Positions 11,751-26,700 of a stretch of DNA of 64,000 nucleotides are shown here, one piece after another; position 1 is the first letter of the stretch; every line of letters begins with the position of its first letter. Source of the DNA: Euprymna scolopes (taxonomy: Eukaryota); the NCBI GenBank assembly GCA_053919585.1, contig CM132787.1; one strand, given 5' to 3'. The position numbers and the translations under genes were made by a program. A model generated the notes under the pieces. It saw only the letters and a list, made by a program, of their open reading frames with translations, did not search any database and was not told the origin of the DNA.

Positions 11751-14700
11751 GTTAATTGCCGACATATTTAACAGATTTTTAAAATATATGTATCTTTCTT
11801 GTCATTCCATTCTTTGAAACCGTCTCTTGTTAATTGCCGACATATTTAACAGATTTTTAAAATATATGTATCTTTCTTGTCATTCCATTCTTTGAAACCG
11901 TCTCTTGTTAATCGCCGACATATTTAACAGATTTTTAAAATATATGTATCTTTCTTGTCATTCCATTCTTTGAAACCGTCTCTTGTTAATCGCCGACATA
12001 TTTAACAGATTTTTAAAATATATGTATCTTTCTTGTCATTCCATTCTTTGAACCCGTCTCTTGTTAATCGCCGACATATTTAACAGATTTTTAAAATATA
12101 TGTATCTTTCTTGTCATTCCATTCTTTGAAACCGTCTCTTGTTAATCGCCGACATATTTAACAGATTTTTAAAATATATGTATCTTTCTTGTCATTCCAT
12201 TCTTTGAAACCGTCTCTTGTTAATCGCCGACATATTTAACAGATTTTTAAAATATATGTATCTTTCTTGTCATTCCATTCTTTGAAACCGTCTCTTGTTA
12301 ATCGCCGACATATTTAACAGATTTTTAAAATATATGTATCTTTCTTGTCATTCCATTCTTTGAAACCGTCTCTTGTTAATCGCCGACATATTTAACAGAT
12401 TTTTAAAATATATGTATCTTTCTTGTCATTCCATTCTTTGAAATCGTCTCTTGTTAATCGCCGACATATTTAACAGATTTTTAAAATATATGTATCTTTC
12501 TTGTCATTCCATTCTTTGAAACCGTCTCTTGTTAATCGCCGACATATTTAACAGATTTTTAAAATATATGTATCTTTCTTGTCATTCCATTCTTTGAAAC
12601 CATCTCTTGTTAATTGCCGACATATTTAACAGATTTTTTAAATATATGTATCTTTCTTGTCATTCCATTCTTTGAAACCGTCTCTTGTTAATCGCCGACA
12701 TATTTAACAGATTTTTAAAATATATGTATCTTTCTTGTCATTCCATTCTTTGAAACCATCTCTTGTTAATTGCCGACATATTTAACAGATTTTTAAAATA
12801 TATGTATCTTTCTTGTCATTCCATTCTTTGAAACCGTCTCTTGGTAATCGCCGACATATTTAACAGATTTTTAAAATATATGTATCTTTCTTGTCATTCC
12901 ATTCTTTGAAACCGTCTCTTGTTAATCGCCGACATATTTAACAGATTTTTAAAATATATGTATCTTTCTTGTCATTCCATTCTTTGAAACCGTCTCTTGT
13001 TAATCGCCGACATATTTAACAGATTTTTAAAATATATGTATCTTTCTTGTCATTCCATTCTTTGAAACCGTCTCTTGTTAATCGCCGACATATTTAACAG
13101 ATTTTTAAAATATATGTATCTTTCTTGTCATTCCATTCTTTGAAACCATCTCTTGTCAATCGCCGACATATTTAACAGATTTTTAAAATATATGTATCTT
13201 TCTTGTCATTCCATTCTTTGAAACCGTCTCTTGTTAATCGCCGACATATTTAACAGATTTTTAAAATATATGTATCTTTCTTGTCATTCCATTCTTTGAA
13301 ATCGTCTCTTGTTAATCGCCGACATATTTAACAGATTTTTAAAATATATGTATCTTTCTTGTCATTCCATTCTTTGAAACCATCTCTTGTTAATTGCCGA
13401 CATATTTAACAGATTTTTAAAATATATGTATCTTTCTTGTCATTCCATTCTTTGAAACCGTCTCTTGTTAATCGCCGACATATTTAACAGATTTTTAAAA
13501 TATATGTATCTTTCTTGTCATTCCATTCTTTGAAACCGTCTCTTGTTAATCGCCGACATATTTAACAGATTTTTAAAATATATGTATCTTTCTTGTCATT
13601 CCATTCTTTGAAACCGTCTCTTGTTAATCGCCGACATATTTAACAGATTTTTAAAATATATGTATCTTTCTTGTCATTCCATTCTTTGAAACCATCTCTT
13701 GTTAATCGCCGACATATTTAACAGATTTTTAAAATATATGTATCTTTCTTGTCATTCCATTCTTTGAAACCATCTCTTGTTAATTGCCGACATATTTAAC
13801 AGATTTTTAAAATATATGTATCTTTCTTGTCATTCCATTCTTTGAAACCATCTCTTGTTAATCGCCGACATATTTAACAGATTTTTAAAATATATGTATC
13901 TTTCTTGTCACTCCATTCTTTGAAACCGTCTCTTGTTAATCGCCGACATATTTAACAGATTTTTAAAATATATGTATCTTTCTTGTCATTCCATTCTTTG
14001 AAACCATCTCTTGTTAATTGCCGACATATTTAACCGATTTTTAAAATATATGTATCTTTCTTGTCATTCCATTCTTTGAAACCATCTCTTGTTAATCGCC
14101 GACATATTTAACAGATTTTAAAATATATGTATCTTTCTTGTCATTCCATTCTTTGAAACCGTCTCTTGTAAATTGCCGACATATTTAACAGATTTTTAAA
14201 ATATATGTATCTTTCTTGTCATTCCATTCTTTGAAACCGTCTCTTGGTAATCGCCGACATATTTAACAGATTTTAAAATATATGTATCTTTCTTGTCATT
14301 CCATTCTTTGAAACCGTCTCTTGTTAATCGCCGACATATTTAACAGATTTTTAAAATATATGTATCTTTCTTGTCATTCCATTCTTTGAAACCGTCTCTT
14401 GTTAATCGCCGACATATTTAACAGATTTTTAAAATATATGTATCTTTCTTGTCATTCCATTCTTTGAAACCGTCTCTTGTTAATCGCCGACATATTTAAC
14501 AGATTTTTAAAATATATGTATCTTTCTTGTCATTCCATTCTTTGAAACCATCTCTTGTCAATCGCCGACATATTTAACAGATTTTTAAAATATATGTATC
14601 TTTCTTGTCATTCCATTCTTTGAAACCGTCTCTTGTTAATCGCCGACATATTTAACAGATTTTTAAAATATATGTATCTTTCTTGTCATTCCATTCTTTG

Positions 14701-17700
14701 AAATCGTCTCTTGTTAATCGCCGACATATTTAACAGATTTTTAAAATATATGTATCTTTCTTGTCATTCCATTCTTTGAAACCATCTCTTGTTAATTGCC
14801 GACATATTTAACAGATTTTTAAAATATATGTATCTTTCTTGTCATTCCATTCTTTGAAACCGTCTCTTGTTAATCGCCGACATATTTAACAGATTTTTAA
14901 AATATATGTATCTTTCTTGTCATTCCATTCTTTGAAACCGTCTCTTGTTAATCGCCGACATATTTAACAGATTTTTAAAATATATGTATCTTTCTTGTCA
15001 TTCCATTCTTTGAAACCGTCTCTTGTTAATCGCCGACATATTTAACAGATTTTTAAAATATATGTATCTTTCTTGTCATTCCATTCTTTGAAACCATCTC
15101 TTGTTAATTGCCGACATATTTAACAGATTTTTTAAATATATGTATCTTTCTTGTCATTCCATTCTTTGAAACCGTCTCTTGTTAATCGCCGACATATTTA
15201 ACAGATTTTTAAAATATATGTATCTTTCTTGTCATTCCATTCTTTGAAACCATCTCTTGTTAATTGCCGACATATTTAACAGATTTTTAAAATATATGTA
15301 TCTTTCTTGTCATTCCATTCTTTGAAACCGTCTCTTGGTAATCGCCGACATATTTAACAGATTTTTAAAATATATGTATCTTTCTTGTCATTCCATTCTT
15401 TGAAACCGTCTCTTGTTAATCGCCGACATATTTAACAGATTTTTAAAATATATGTATCTTTCTTGTCATTCCATTCTTTGAAACCGTCTCTTGTTAATCG
15501 CCGACATATTTAACAGATTTTTAAAATATATGTATCTTTCTTGTCATTCCATTCTTTGAAACCGTCTCTTGTTAATCGCCGACATATTTAACAGATTTTT
15601 AAAATATATGTATCTTTCTTGTCATTCCATTCTTTGAAACCATCTCTTGTCAATCGCCGACATATTTAACAGATTTTTAAAATATATGTATCTTTCTTGT
15701 CATTCCATTCTTTGAAACCGTCTCTTGTTAATCGCCGACATATTTAACAGATTTTTAAAATATATGTATCTTTCTTGTCATTCCATTCTTTGAAATCGTC
15801 TCTTGTTAATCGCCGACATATTTAACAGATTTTTAAAATATATGTATCTTTCTTGTCATTCCATTCTTTGAAACCATCTCTTGTTAATTGCCGACATATT
15901 TAACAGATTTTTAAAATATATGTATCTTTCTTGTCATTCCATTCTTTGAAACCGTCTCTTGTTAATCGCCGACATATTTAACAGATTTTTAAAATATATG
16001 TATCTTTCTTGTCATTCCATTCTTTGAAACCGTCTCTTGTTAATCGCCGACATATTTAACAGATTTTTAAAATATATGTATCTTTCTTGTCATTCCATTC
16101 TTTGAAACCGTCTCTTGTTAATCGCCGACATATTTAACAGATTTTTAAAATATATGTATCTTTCTTGTCATTCCATTCTTTGAAACCATCTCTTGTTAAT
16201 CGCCGACATATTTAACAGATTTTTAAAATATATGTATCTTTCTTGTCATTCCATTCTTTGAAACCATCTCTTGTTAATTGCCGACATATTTAACAGATTT
16301 TTAAAATATATGTATCTTTCTTGTCATTCCATTCTTTGAAACCATCTCTTGTTAATCGCCGACATATTTAACAGATTTTTAAAATATATGTATCTTTCTT
16401 GTCACTCCATTCTTTGAAACCGTCTCTTGTTAATCGCCGACATATTTAACAGATTTTTAAAATATATGTATCTTTCTTGTCATTCCATTCTTTGAAACCA
16501 TCTCTTGTTAATTGCCGACATATTTAACCGATTTTTAAAATATATGTATCTTTCTTGTCATTCCATTCTTTGAAACCATCTCTTGTTAATCGCCGACATA
16601 TTTAACAGATTTTAAAATATATGTATCTTTCTTGTCATTCCATTCTTTGAAACCGTCTCTTGTAAATTGCCGACATATTTAACAGATTTTTAAAATATAT
16701 GTATCTTTCTTGTCATTCCATTCTTTGAAACCGTCTCTTGGTAATCGCCGACATATTTAACAGATTTTAAAATATATGTATCTTTCTTGTCATTCCATTC
16801 TTTGAAACCGTCTCTTGTTAATCGCCGACATATTTAACAGATTTTTAAAATATATGTATCTTTCTTGTCATTCCATTCTTTGAAACCGTCTCTTGTTAAT
16901 CGCCGACATATTTAACAGATTTTTAAAATATATGTATCTTTCTTGTCATTCCATTCTTTGAAACCGTCTCTTGTTAATCGCCGACATATTTAACAGATTT
17001 TTAAAATATATGTATCTTTCTTGTCATTCCATTCTTTGAAACCATCTCTTGTCAATCGCCGACATATTTAACAGATTTTTAAAATATATGTATCTTTCTT
17101 GTCATTCCATTCTTTGAAACCGTCTCTTGTTAATCGCCGACATATTTAACAGATTTTTAAAATATATGTATCTTTCTTGTCATTCCATTCTTTGAAATCG
17201 TCTCTTGTTAATCGCCGACATATTTAACAGATTTTTAAAATATATGTATCTTTCTTGTCATTCCATTCTTTGAAACCATCTCTTGTTAATTGCCGACATA
17301 TTTAACAGATTTTTAAAATATATGTATCTTTCTTGTCATTCCATTCTTTGAAACCGTCTCTTGTTAATCGCCGACATATTTAACAGATTTTTAAAATATA
17401 TGTATCTTTCTTGTCATTCTATTCTTTGAAACCGTCTCTTGTTAATCGCCGACATATTTAACAGATTTTTAAAATATATGTATCTTTCTTGTCATTCCAT
17501 TCTTTGAAACCGTCTCTTGTTAATCGCCGACATATTTAACAGATTTTTAAAATATATGTATCTTTCTTGTCATTCCATTCTTTGAAACCATCTCTTGTTA
17601 ATCGCCGACATATTTAACAGATTTTTAAAATATATGTATCTTTCTTGTCATTCCATTCTTTGAAACCATCTCTTGTTAATTGCCGACATATTTAACAGAT

Positions 17701-20700
17701 TTTTAAAATATATGTATCTTTCTTGTCATTCCATTCTTTGAAACCATCTCTTGTTAATCGCCGACATATTTAACAGATTTTTAAAATATATGTATCTTTC
17801 TTGTCACTCCATTCTTTGAAACCGTCTCTTGTTAATCGCCGACATATTTAACAGATTTTTAAAATATATGTATCTTTCTTGTCATTCCATTCTTTGAAAC
17901 CATCTCTTGTTAATTGCCGACATATTTAACAGATTTTTAAAATATATGTATCTTTCTTGTCATTCCATTCTTTGAAACCATCTCTTGTTAATCGCCGACA
18001 TATTTAACAGATTTTAAAATATATGTATCTTTCTTGTCATTCCATTCTTTGAAACCGTCTCTTGTAAATTGCCGACATATTTAACAGATTTTTAAAATAT
18101 ATGTATCTTTCTTGTCATTCCATTCTTTGAAACCGTCTCTTGTTAATCGCCGACATATTTAACAGATTTTTAAAATATATGTATCTTTCTTGTCATTCCA
18201 TTCTTTGAAACCGTCTCTTGTTAATCGCCGACATATTTAAAAGAATTTTTAAAATATATGTATCTTTCTTGTCATTCCATTCTTTGAAAGCATCTCTTGT
18301 TAATCGCCGACATATTTAACAGATTTTAAAATATATGTATCTTTCTTGTCATTCCATTCTTTGAAACCGTCTCTTGTTAATTGCCGACATATTTAACAGA
18401 TTTTAAAAATATATGTATCTTTCTTGTCATTCCATTCTTTGAAACCGTCTCTTGTTAATCGCCGACATATTTAACAGATTTTAAAATATATGTATCTTTC
18501 TTGTCATTCCATTCTTTGAAACCGTCTCTTGTTAATCGCCGACATATTTAACAGATTTTTAAAATATATGTATCTTTCTTGTCATTCCATTCTTTGAAAC
18601 CATCTCTTGTTAATTGCCGACATATTTAACAGATTTTTTAAATATATGTATCTTTCTTGTCATTCCATTCTTTGAAACCGTCTCTTGTTAATCGCCGACA
18701 TATTTAACAGATTTTTAAAATATATGTATCTTTCTTGTCATTCCATTCTTTGAAACCATCTCTTGTTAATTGCCGACATATTTAACAGATTTTTAAAATA
18801 TATGTATCTTTCTTGTCATTCCATTCTTTGAAACCGTCTCTTGGTAATCGCCGACATATTTAACAGATTTTTAAAATATATGTATCTTTCTTGTCATTCC
18901 ATTCTTTGAAACCGTCTCTTGTTAATCGCCGACATATTTAACAGATTTTTAAAATATATGTATCTTTCTTGTCATTCCATTCTTTGAAACCGTCTCTTGT
19001 TAATCGCCGACATATTTAACAGATTTTTAAAATATATGTATCTTTCTTGTCATTCCATTCTTTGAAACCGTCTCTTGTTAATCGCCGACATATTTAACAG
19101 ATTTTTAAAATATATGTATCTTTCTTGTCATTCCATTCTTTGAAACCATCTCTTGTCAATCGCCGACATATTTAACAGATTTTTAAAATATATGTATCTT
19201 TCTTGTCATTCCATTCTTTGAAACCGTCTCTTGTTAATCGCCGACATATTTAACAGATTTTTAAAATATATGTATCTTTCTTGTCATTCCATTCTTTGAA
19301 ATCGTCTCTTGTTAATCGCCGACATATTTAACAGATTTTTAAAATATATGTATCTTTCTTGTCATTCCATTCTTTGAAACCATCTCTTGTTAATTGCCGA
19401 CATATTTAACAGATTTTTAAAATATATGTATCTTTCTTGTCATTCCATTCTTTGAAACCGTCTCTTGTTAATCGCCGACATATTTAACAGATTTTTAAAA
19501 TATATGTATCTTTCTTGTCATTCCATTCTTTGAAACCGTCTCTTGTTAATCGCCGACATATTTAACAGATTTTTAAAATATATGTATCTTTCTTGTCATT
19601 CCATTCTTTGAAACCGTCTCTTGTTAATCGCCGACATATTTAACAGATTTTTAAAATATATGTATCTTTCTTGTCATTCCATTCTTTGAAACCATCTCTT
19701 GTTAATCGCCGACATATTTAACAGATTTTTAAAATATATGTATCTTTCTTGTCATTCCATTCTTTGAAACCATCTCTTGTTAATTGCCGACATATTTAAC
19801 AGATTTTTAAAATATATGTATCTTTCTTGTCATTCCATTCTTTGAAACCATCTCTTGTTAATCGCCGACATATTTAACAGATTTTTAAAATATATGTATC
19901 TTTCTTGTCACTCCATTCTTTGAAACCGTCTCTTGTTAATCGCCGACATATTTAACAGATTTTTAAAATATATGTATCTTTCTTGTCATTCCATTCTTTG
20001 AAACCATCTCTTGTTAATTGCCGACATATTTAACCGATTTTTAAAATATATGTATCTTTCTTGTCATTCCATTCTTTGAAACCATCTCTTGTTAATCGCC
20101 GACATATTTAACAGATTTAAAAAAAAATGTATCTTTCTTGTCATTCCATTCTTTGAAACCGTCTCTTGTAAATTGCCGACATATTTAACAGATTTTTAAA
20201 ATATATGTATCTTTCTTGTCATTCCATTCTTTGAAACCGTCTCTTGGTAATCGCCGACATATTTAACAGATTTTAAAATATATGTATCTTTCTTGTCATT
20301 CCATTCTTTGAAACCGTCTCTTGTTAATCGCCGACATATTTAACAGATTTTTAAAATATATGTATCTTTCTTGTCATTCCATTCTTTGAAACCGTCTCTT
20401 GTTAATCGCCGACATATTTAACAGATTTTTAAAATATATGTATCTTTCTTGTCATTCCATTCTTTGAAACCGTCTCTTGTTAATCGCCGACATATTTAAC
20501 AGATTTTTAAAATATATGTATCTTTCTTGTCATTCCATTCTTTGAAACCATCTCTTGTCAATCGCCGACATATTTAACAGATTTTTAAAATATATGTATC
20601 TTTCTTGTCATTCCATTCTTTGAAACCGTCTCTTGTTAATCGCCGACATATTTAACAGATTTTTAAAATATATGTATCTTTCTTGTCATTCCATTCTTTG

Positions 20701-23700
20701 AAATCGTCTCTTGTTAATCGCCGACATATTTAACAGATTTTTAAAATATATGTATCTTTCTTGTCATTCCATTCTTTGAAACCATCTCTTGTTAATTGCC
20801 GACATATTTAACAGATTTTTAAAATATATGTATCTTTCTTGTCATTCCATTCTTTGAAACCGTCTCTTGTTAATCGCCGACATATTTAACAGATTTTTAA
20901 AATATATGTATCTTTCTTGTCATTCCATTCTTTGAAACCGTCTCTTGTTAATCGCCGACATATTTAACAGATTTTTAAAATATATGTATCTTTCTTGTCA
21001 TTCCATTCTTTGAAACCGTCTCTTGTTAATCGCCGACATATTTAACAGATTTTTAAAATATATGTATCTTTCTTGTCATTCCATTCTTTGAAACCATCTC
21101 TTGTTAATCGCCGACATATTTAACAGATTTTTAAAATATATGTATCTTTCTTGTCATTCCATTCTTTGAAACCATCTCTTGTTAATTGCCGACATATTTA
21201 ACAGATTTTTAAAATATATGTATCTTTCTTGTCATTCCATTCTTTGAAACCATCTCTTGTTAATCGCCGACATATTTAACAGATTTTTAAAATATATGTA
21301 TCTTTCTTGTCACTCCATTCTTTGAAACCGTCTCTTGTTAATCGCCGACATATTTAACAGATTTTTAAAATATATGTATCTTTCTTGTCATTCCATTCTT
21401 TGAAACCATCTCTTGTTAATTGCCGACATATTTAACAGATTTTTAAAATATATGTATCTTTCTTGTCATTCCATTCTTTGAAACCATCTCTTGTTAATCG
21501 CCGACATATTTAACAGATTTTAAAATATATGTATCTTTCTTGTCATTCCATTCTTTGAAACCGTCTCTTGTAAATTGCCGACATATTTAACAGATTTTTA
21601 AAATATATGTATCTTTCTTGTCATTCCATTCTTTGAAACCGTCTCTTGTTAATCGCCGACATATTTAACAGATTTTTAAAATATATGTATCTTTCTTGTC
21701 ATTCCATTCTTTGAAACCGTCTCTTGTTAATCGCCGACATATTTAAAAGAATTTTTAAAATATATGTATCTTTCTTGTCATTCCATTCTTTGAAACCATC
21801 TCTTGTTAATCGCCGACATATTTAACAGATTTTAAAATATATGTATCTTTCTTGTCATTCCATTCTTTGAAACCGTCTCTTGTTAATTGCCGACATATTT
21901 AACAGATTTTAAAAATATATGTATCTTTCTTGTCATTCCATTCTTTGAAACCGTCTCTTGTTAATCGCCGACATATTTAACAGATTTTTAAAATATATGT
22001 ATCTTTCTTGTCATTCCATTCTTTGAAACCGTCTCTTGTTAATCGCCGACATATTTAACAGATTTTTAAAATATATGTATCTTTCTTGTCATTCCATTCT
22101 TTGAAACCATCTCTTGTTAATCGCCGACATATTTAACAGATTTTGAAATATATGTATCTTTCTTGTCATTCCATTCTTTGAAACCGTCTCTTGTTAATTG
22201 CCGACATATTTAACAGATTTTTTAAATATATGTATCTTTCTTGTCATTCCATTCTTTGAAACCGTCTCTTGTTAATCGCCGACATATTTAACAGATTTTT
22301 AAAATATATGTATCTTTCTTGTAATTCCATTCTTTGAAACCGTCTCTTGTTAATCGCCGACATATTTAACAGATTTTTAAAATATATGTATCTTTCTTGT
22401 CATTCCATTCTTTGAAACCGTCTCTTGTTAATCGCCGACATATTTAACAGATTTTTAAAATATATGTATCTTTCTTGTCATTCCATTCTTTGAAACCATC
22501 TCTTGTTAATTGCCGACATATTTAACAGATTTTTAAAATATATGTATCTTTCTTGTCATTCCATTCTTTGAAACCATCTCTTGTTAATCACCGACATATT
22601 TAACAGATTTTAAAATATATGTATCTTTCTTGTCATTCCATTCTTTGAAACCGTCTCTTGTTAATCGCCGACATATTTAACAGATTTTTAAAATATATGT
22701 ATCTTTCTTGTCATTCCATTCTTTGAAACCATCTCTTGTTAATTGCCGACATATTTAACAGATTTTTAAAATATATGTATCTTTCTTGTCATTCCATTCT
22801 TTGAAACCGTCTCTTGTTAATCGCCGACATATTTAACAGATTTTTAAAATATATGTATCTTTCTTGTCATTCCATTCTTTGAAACCGTCTCTTGTTAATC
22901 GCCGACATATTTAACAGATTTTTAAAATATATGTATCTTTCTTGTCATTCGATTCTTTGAAACCATCTCTTGTTAATCGCCGACATATTTAACAGATTTT
23001 TAAAATATATGTATCTTTCTTGTCATTCCATTCTTTGAAACCATCTCTTGTTAAATGCCGACATATTTAACAGATTTTTAAAATATATGTATCTTTCTTG
23101 TTATTCCATTCTTTGAAACCATCTCTTGTTAATCGCCGACATATTTAACAGATTTTTAAAATATATGTATCTTTCTTGTCACTCCATTCTTTGAAACCGT
23201 CTCTTGTTAATCGTCGACATATTTAACAGATTTTTAAAATATATGTATCTTTCTTGTCATTCCATTCTTTGAAACCATCTCTTGTTAATCGCCGACATAT
23301 TTAACAGATTTTTAAAATATATGTATCTTTCTTGTCATTCCATTCTTTGAAACCATCTCTTGTTAATTGCCGACATATTTAACAGATTTTTAAAATATAT
23401 GTATCTTTCTTGTCATTCCATTCTTTGAAACCATCTCTTGTTAATCGCCGACATATTTAACAGATTTTTAAAATATATGTATCTTTCTTGTCATTCCATT
23501 CTTTGAAACCATCTCTTGTTAATCGCCGACATATTTAACAGATTTTTAAAATATATGTATCTTTCTTGTCATTCCATTCTTTGAAACCATCTCTTGTTAA
23601 TTGCCGACATATTTAACAGATTTTTAAAATATATGTATCTTTCTTGTCATTCCATTCTTTGAAACCATCTCTTGTTAATCGCCGACATATTTAACAGATT

Positions 23701-26700
23701 TTTAAAATATATGTATCTTTCTTGTCACTCCATTCTTTGTAACCGTCTCTTGTTAATCGCCGACATATTTAACAGATTTTTAAAATATATGTATCTTTCT
23801 TGTCATTCCATTCTTTGAAACCATCTCTTGTTAATTGCCGACATATTTAACAGATTTTTAAAATATATGTATCTTTCTTGTCATTCCATTCTTTGAAACC
23901 ATCTCTTGTTAATCGCCGACATATTTAACAGATTTTAAAATATATGTATCTTTCTTGTCATTCCATTCTTTGAAACCGTCTCTTGTTAATTGCCGACATA
24001 TTTAACAGATTTTTAAAATATATGTATCTTTCTTGTCATTCCATTCTTTGAAACCGTCTCTTGTTAATCGCCGACATATTTAACAGATTTTTAAAATATA
24101 TGTATCTTTCTTGTCATTCCATTCTTTGAAACCGTCTCTTGTTAATCGCCGACATATTTAAAAGAATTTTTAAAATATATGTATCTTTCTTGTCATTCCA
24201 TTCTTTGAAACCATCTCTTGTTAATCGCCGACATATTTAACAGATTTTAAAATATATGTATCTTTCTTGTCATTCCATTCTTTGAAACCGTCTCTTGTTA
24301 ATCGCCGACATATTTAACAGATTTTAAAAATATATGTATCTTTCTTGTCATTCCATTCTTTGAAACCGTCTCTTGTTAATCGCCGACATATTTAACAGAT
24401 TTTTAAAATATATGTATCTTTCTTGTCATTCCATTCTTTGAAACCATCTCTTGTCAATCGCCGACATATTTAACAGATTTTTAAAATATATGTATCTTTC
24501 TTGTCATTCCATTCTTTGAAACCGTCTCTTGTTAATCGCCGACATATTTAACAGATTTTTAAAATATATGTATCTTTCTTGTCATTCCATTCTTTGAAAT
24601 CGTCTCTTGTTAATCGCCGACATATTTAACAGATTTTTTAAATATATGTATCTTTCTTGTCATTCCATTCTTTGAAACCATCTCTTGTTAATCGCCGACA
24701 TATTTAACAGATTTTTAAAATATATGTATCTTTCTTGTCATTCCATTCTTTGAAACCGTCTCTTGTTAATCGCCGACATATTTAACAGATTTTTAAAATA
24801 TATGTATCTTTCTTGTCATTCCATTCTTTGAAACCGTCTCTTGTTAATCGCCGACATATTTAACAGATTTTTAAAATATATGTATCTTTCTTGTCATTTC
24901 CATTCTTTGAAACCGTCTCTTGTTAATCGCCGACATATTTAACAGATTTTTAAAATATATGTATCTTTCTTGTCATTCCATTCTTTGAAACCATCTCTTG
25001 TTAATCGCCGACATATTTAACAGATTTTTAAAATATATGTATCTTTCTTGTCATTCCATTCTTTGAAACCATCTCTTGTCAATTGTCGACATATTTAACA
25101 GATTTTTAAAATATATGTATCTTTCTTGTCATTCCATTCTTTGAAACCATCTCTTGTTAATCGCCGACATATTTAACAGATTTTTAAAATATATGTATCT
25201 TTCTTGTCACTCCATTCTTTGAAACCGTCTCTTGTTAATCGCCGACATATTTAACAGATTTTTAAAATATATGTATCTTTCTTGTCATTCCATTCTTTGA
25301 AACCATCTCTTGTTAATTGCCGACATATTTAACAGATTTTTAAAATATATGTATCTTTCTTGTCATTCCATTCTTTGAAACCATCTCTTGTTAATCGCCG
25401 ACATATTTAACAGATTTTAAAATATATGTATCTTTCTTGTCATTCCATTCTTTGAAACCGTCTCTTGTAAATTGCCGACATATTTAACAGATTTTTAAAA
25501 TATATGTATCTTTCTTGTCATTCCATTCTTTGAAACCGTCTCTTGTTAATCGCCGACATATTTAACAGATTTTTTAAATATATGTATCTTTCTTGTCATT
25601 CCATTCTTTGAAACCGTCTCTTGTTAATCGCCGACATATTTAAAAGAATTTTTAAAATATATGTATCTTTCTTGTCATTCCATTCTTTGAAACCATCTCT
25701 TGTTAATCGCCGACATATTTAACAGATTTTAAAATATATGTATCTTTCTTGTCATTCCATTCTTTGAAACCGTCTCTTGTTAATCGCCGACATATTTAAC
25801 AGATTTTTAAAATATATGTATCTTTCTTGTCATTCCATTCTTTGAAACCGTCTCTTGTTAATCGCTGACATATTTAACAGATTTTTAAAATATATGTATC
25901 TTTCTTGTCATTCCATTCTTTGAAACCATCTCTTGTTAATCGCCGACATATTTAACAGATTTTAAAATATATGTATCTTTCTTGTCATTCCATTCTTTGA
26001 AACCGTCTCTTGTTAATTGCCGACATATTTAACAGATTTTTAAAATATATGTATCTTTCTTGTCATTCCATTCTTTGAAACCGTCTCTTGTTAATCGCCG
26101 ACATATTTAACAGATTTTTAAAATATATGTATCTTTCTTGTAATTCCATTCTTTGAAACCGTCTCTTGTTAATCGCCGACATATTTAACAGATTTTTAAA
26201 ATATATGTATCTTTCTTGTCATTCCATTCTTTGAAACCGTCTCTTGTTAATCGCCGACATATTTAACAGATTTTTAAAATATATGTATCTTTCTTGTCAT
26301 TCCATTCTTTGAAACCATCTCTTGTTAATTGCCGACATATTTAACAGATTTTTAAAATATATGTATCTTTCTTGTCATTCCATTCTTTGAAACCATCTCT
26401 TGTTAATCACCGACATATTTAACAGATTTTAAAATATATGTATCTTTCTTGTCATTCCATTCTTTGAAACCGTCTCTTGTTAATCGCCGACATATTTAAC
26501 AGATTTTTAAAATATATGTATCTTTCTTGTCATTCCATTCTTTGAAACCGTCTCTTGTAAATTGCCGACATATTTAACAGATTTTTAAAATATATGTATC
26601 TTTCTTGTCATTCCATTCTTTGAAACCGTCTCTTGTTAATCGCCGACATATTTAACAGATTTTTAAAATATATGTATCTTTCTTGTCATTCCATTCTTTG

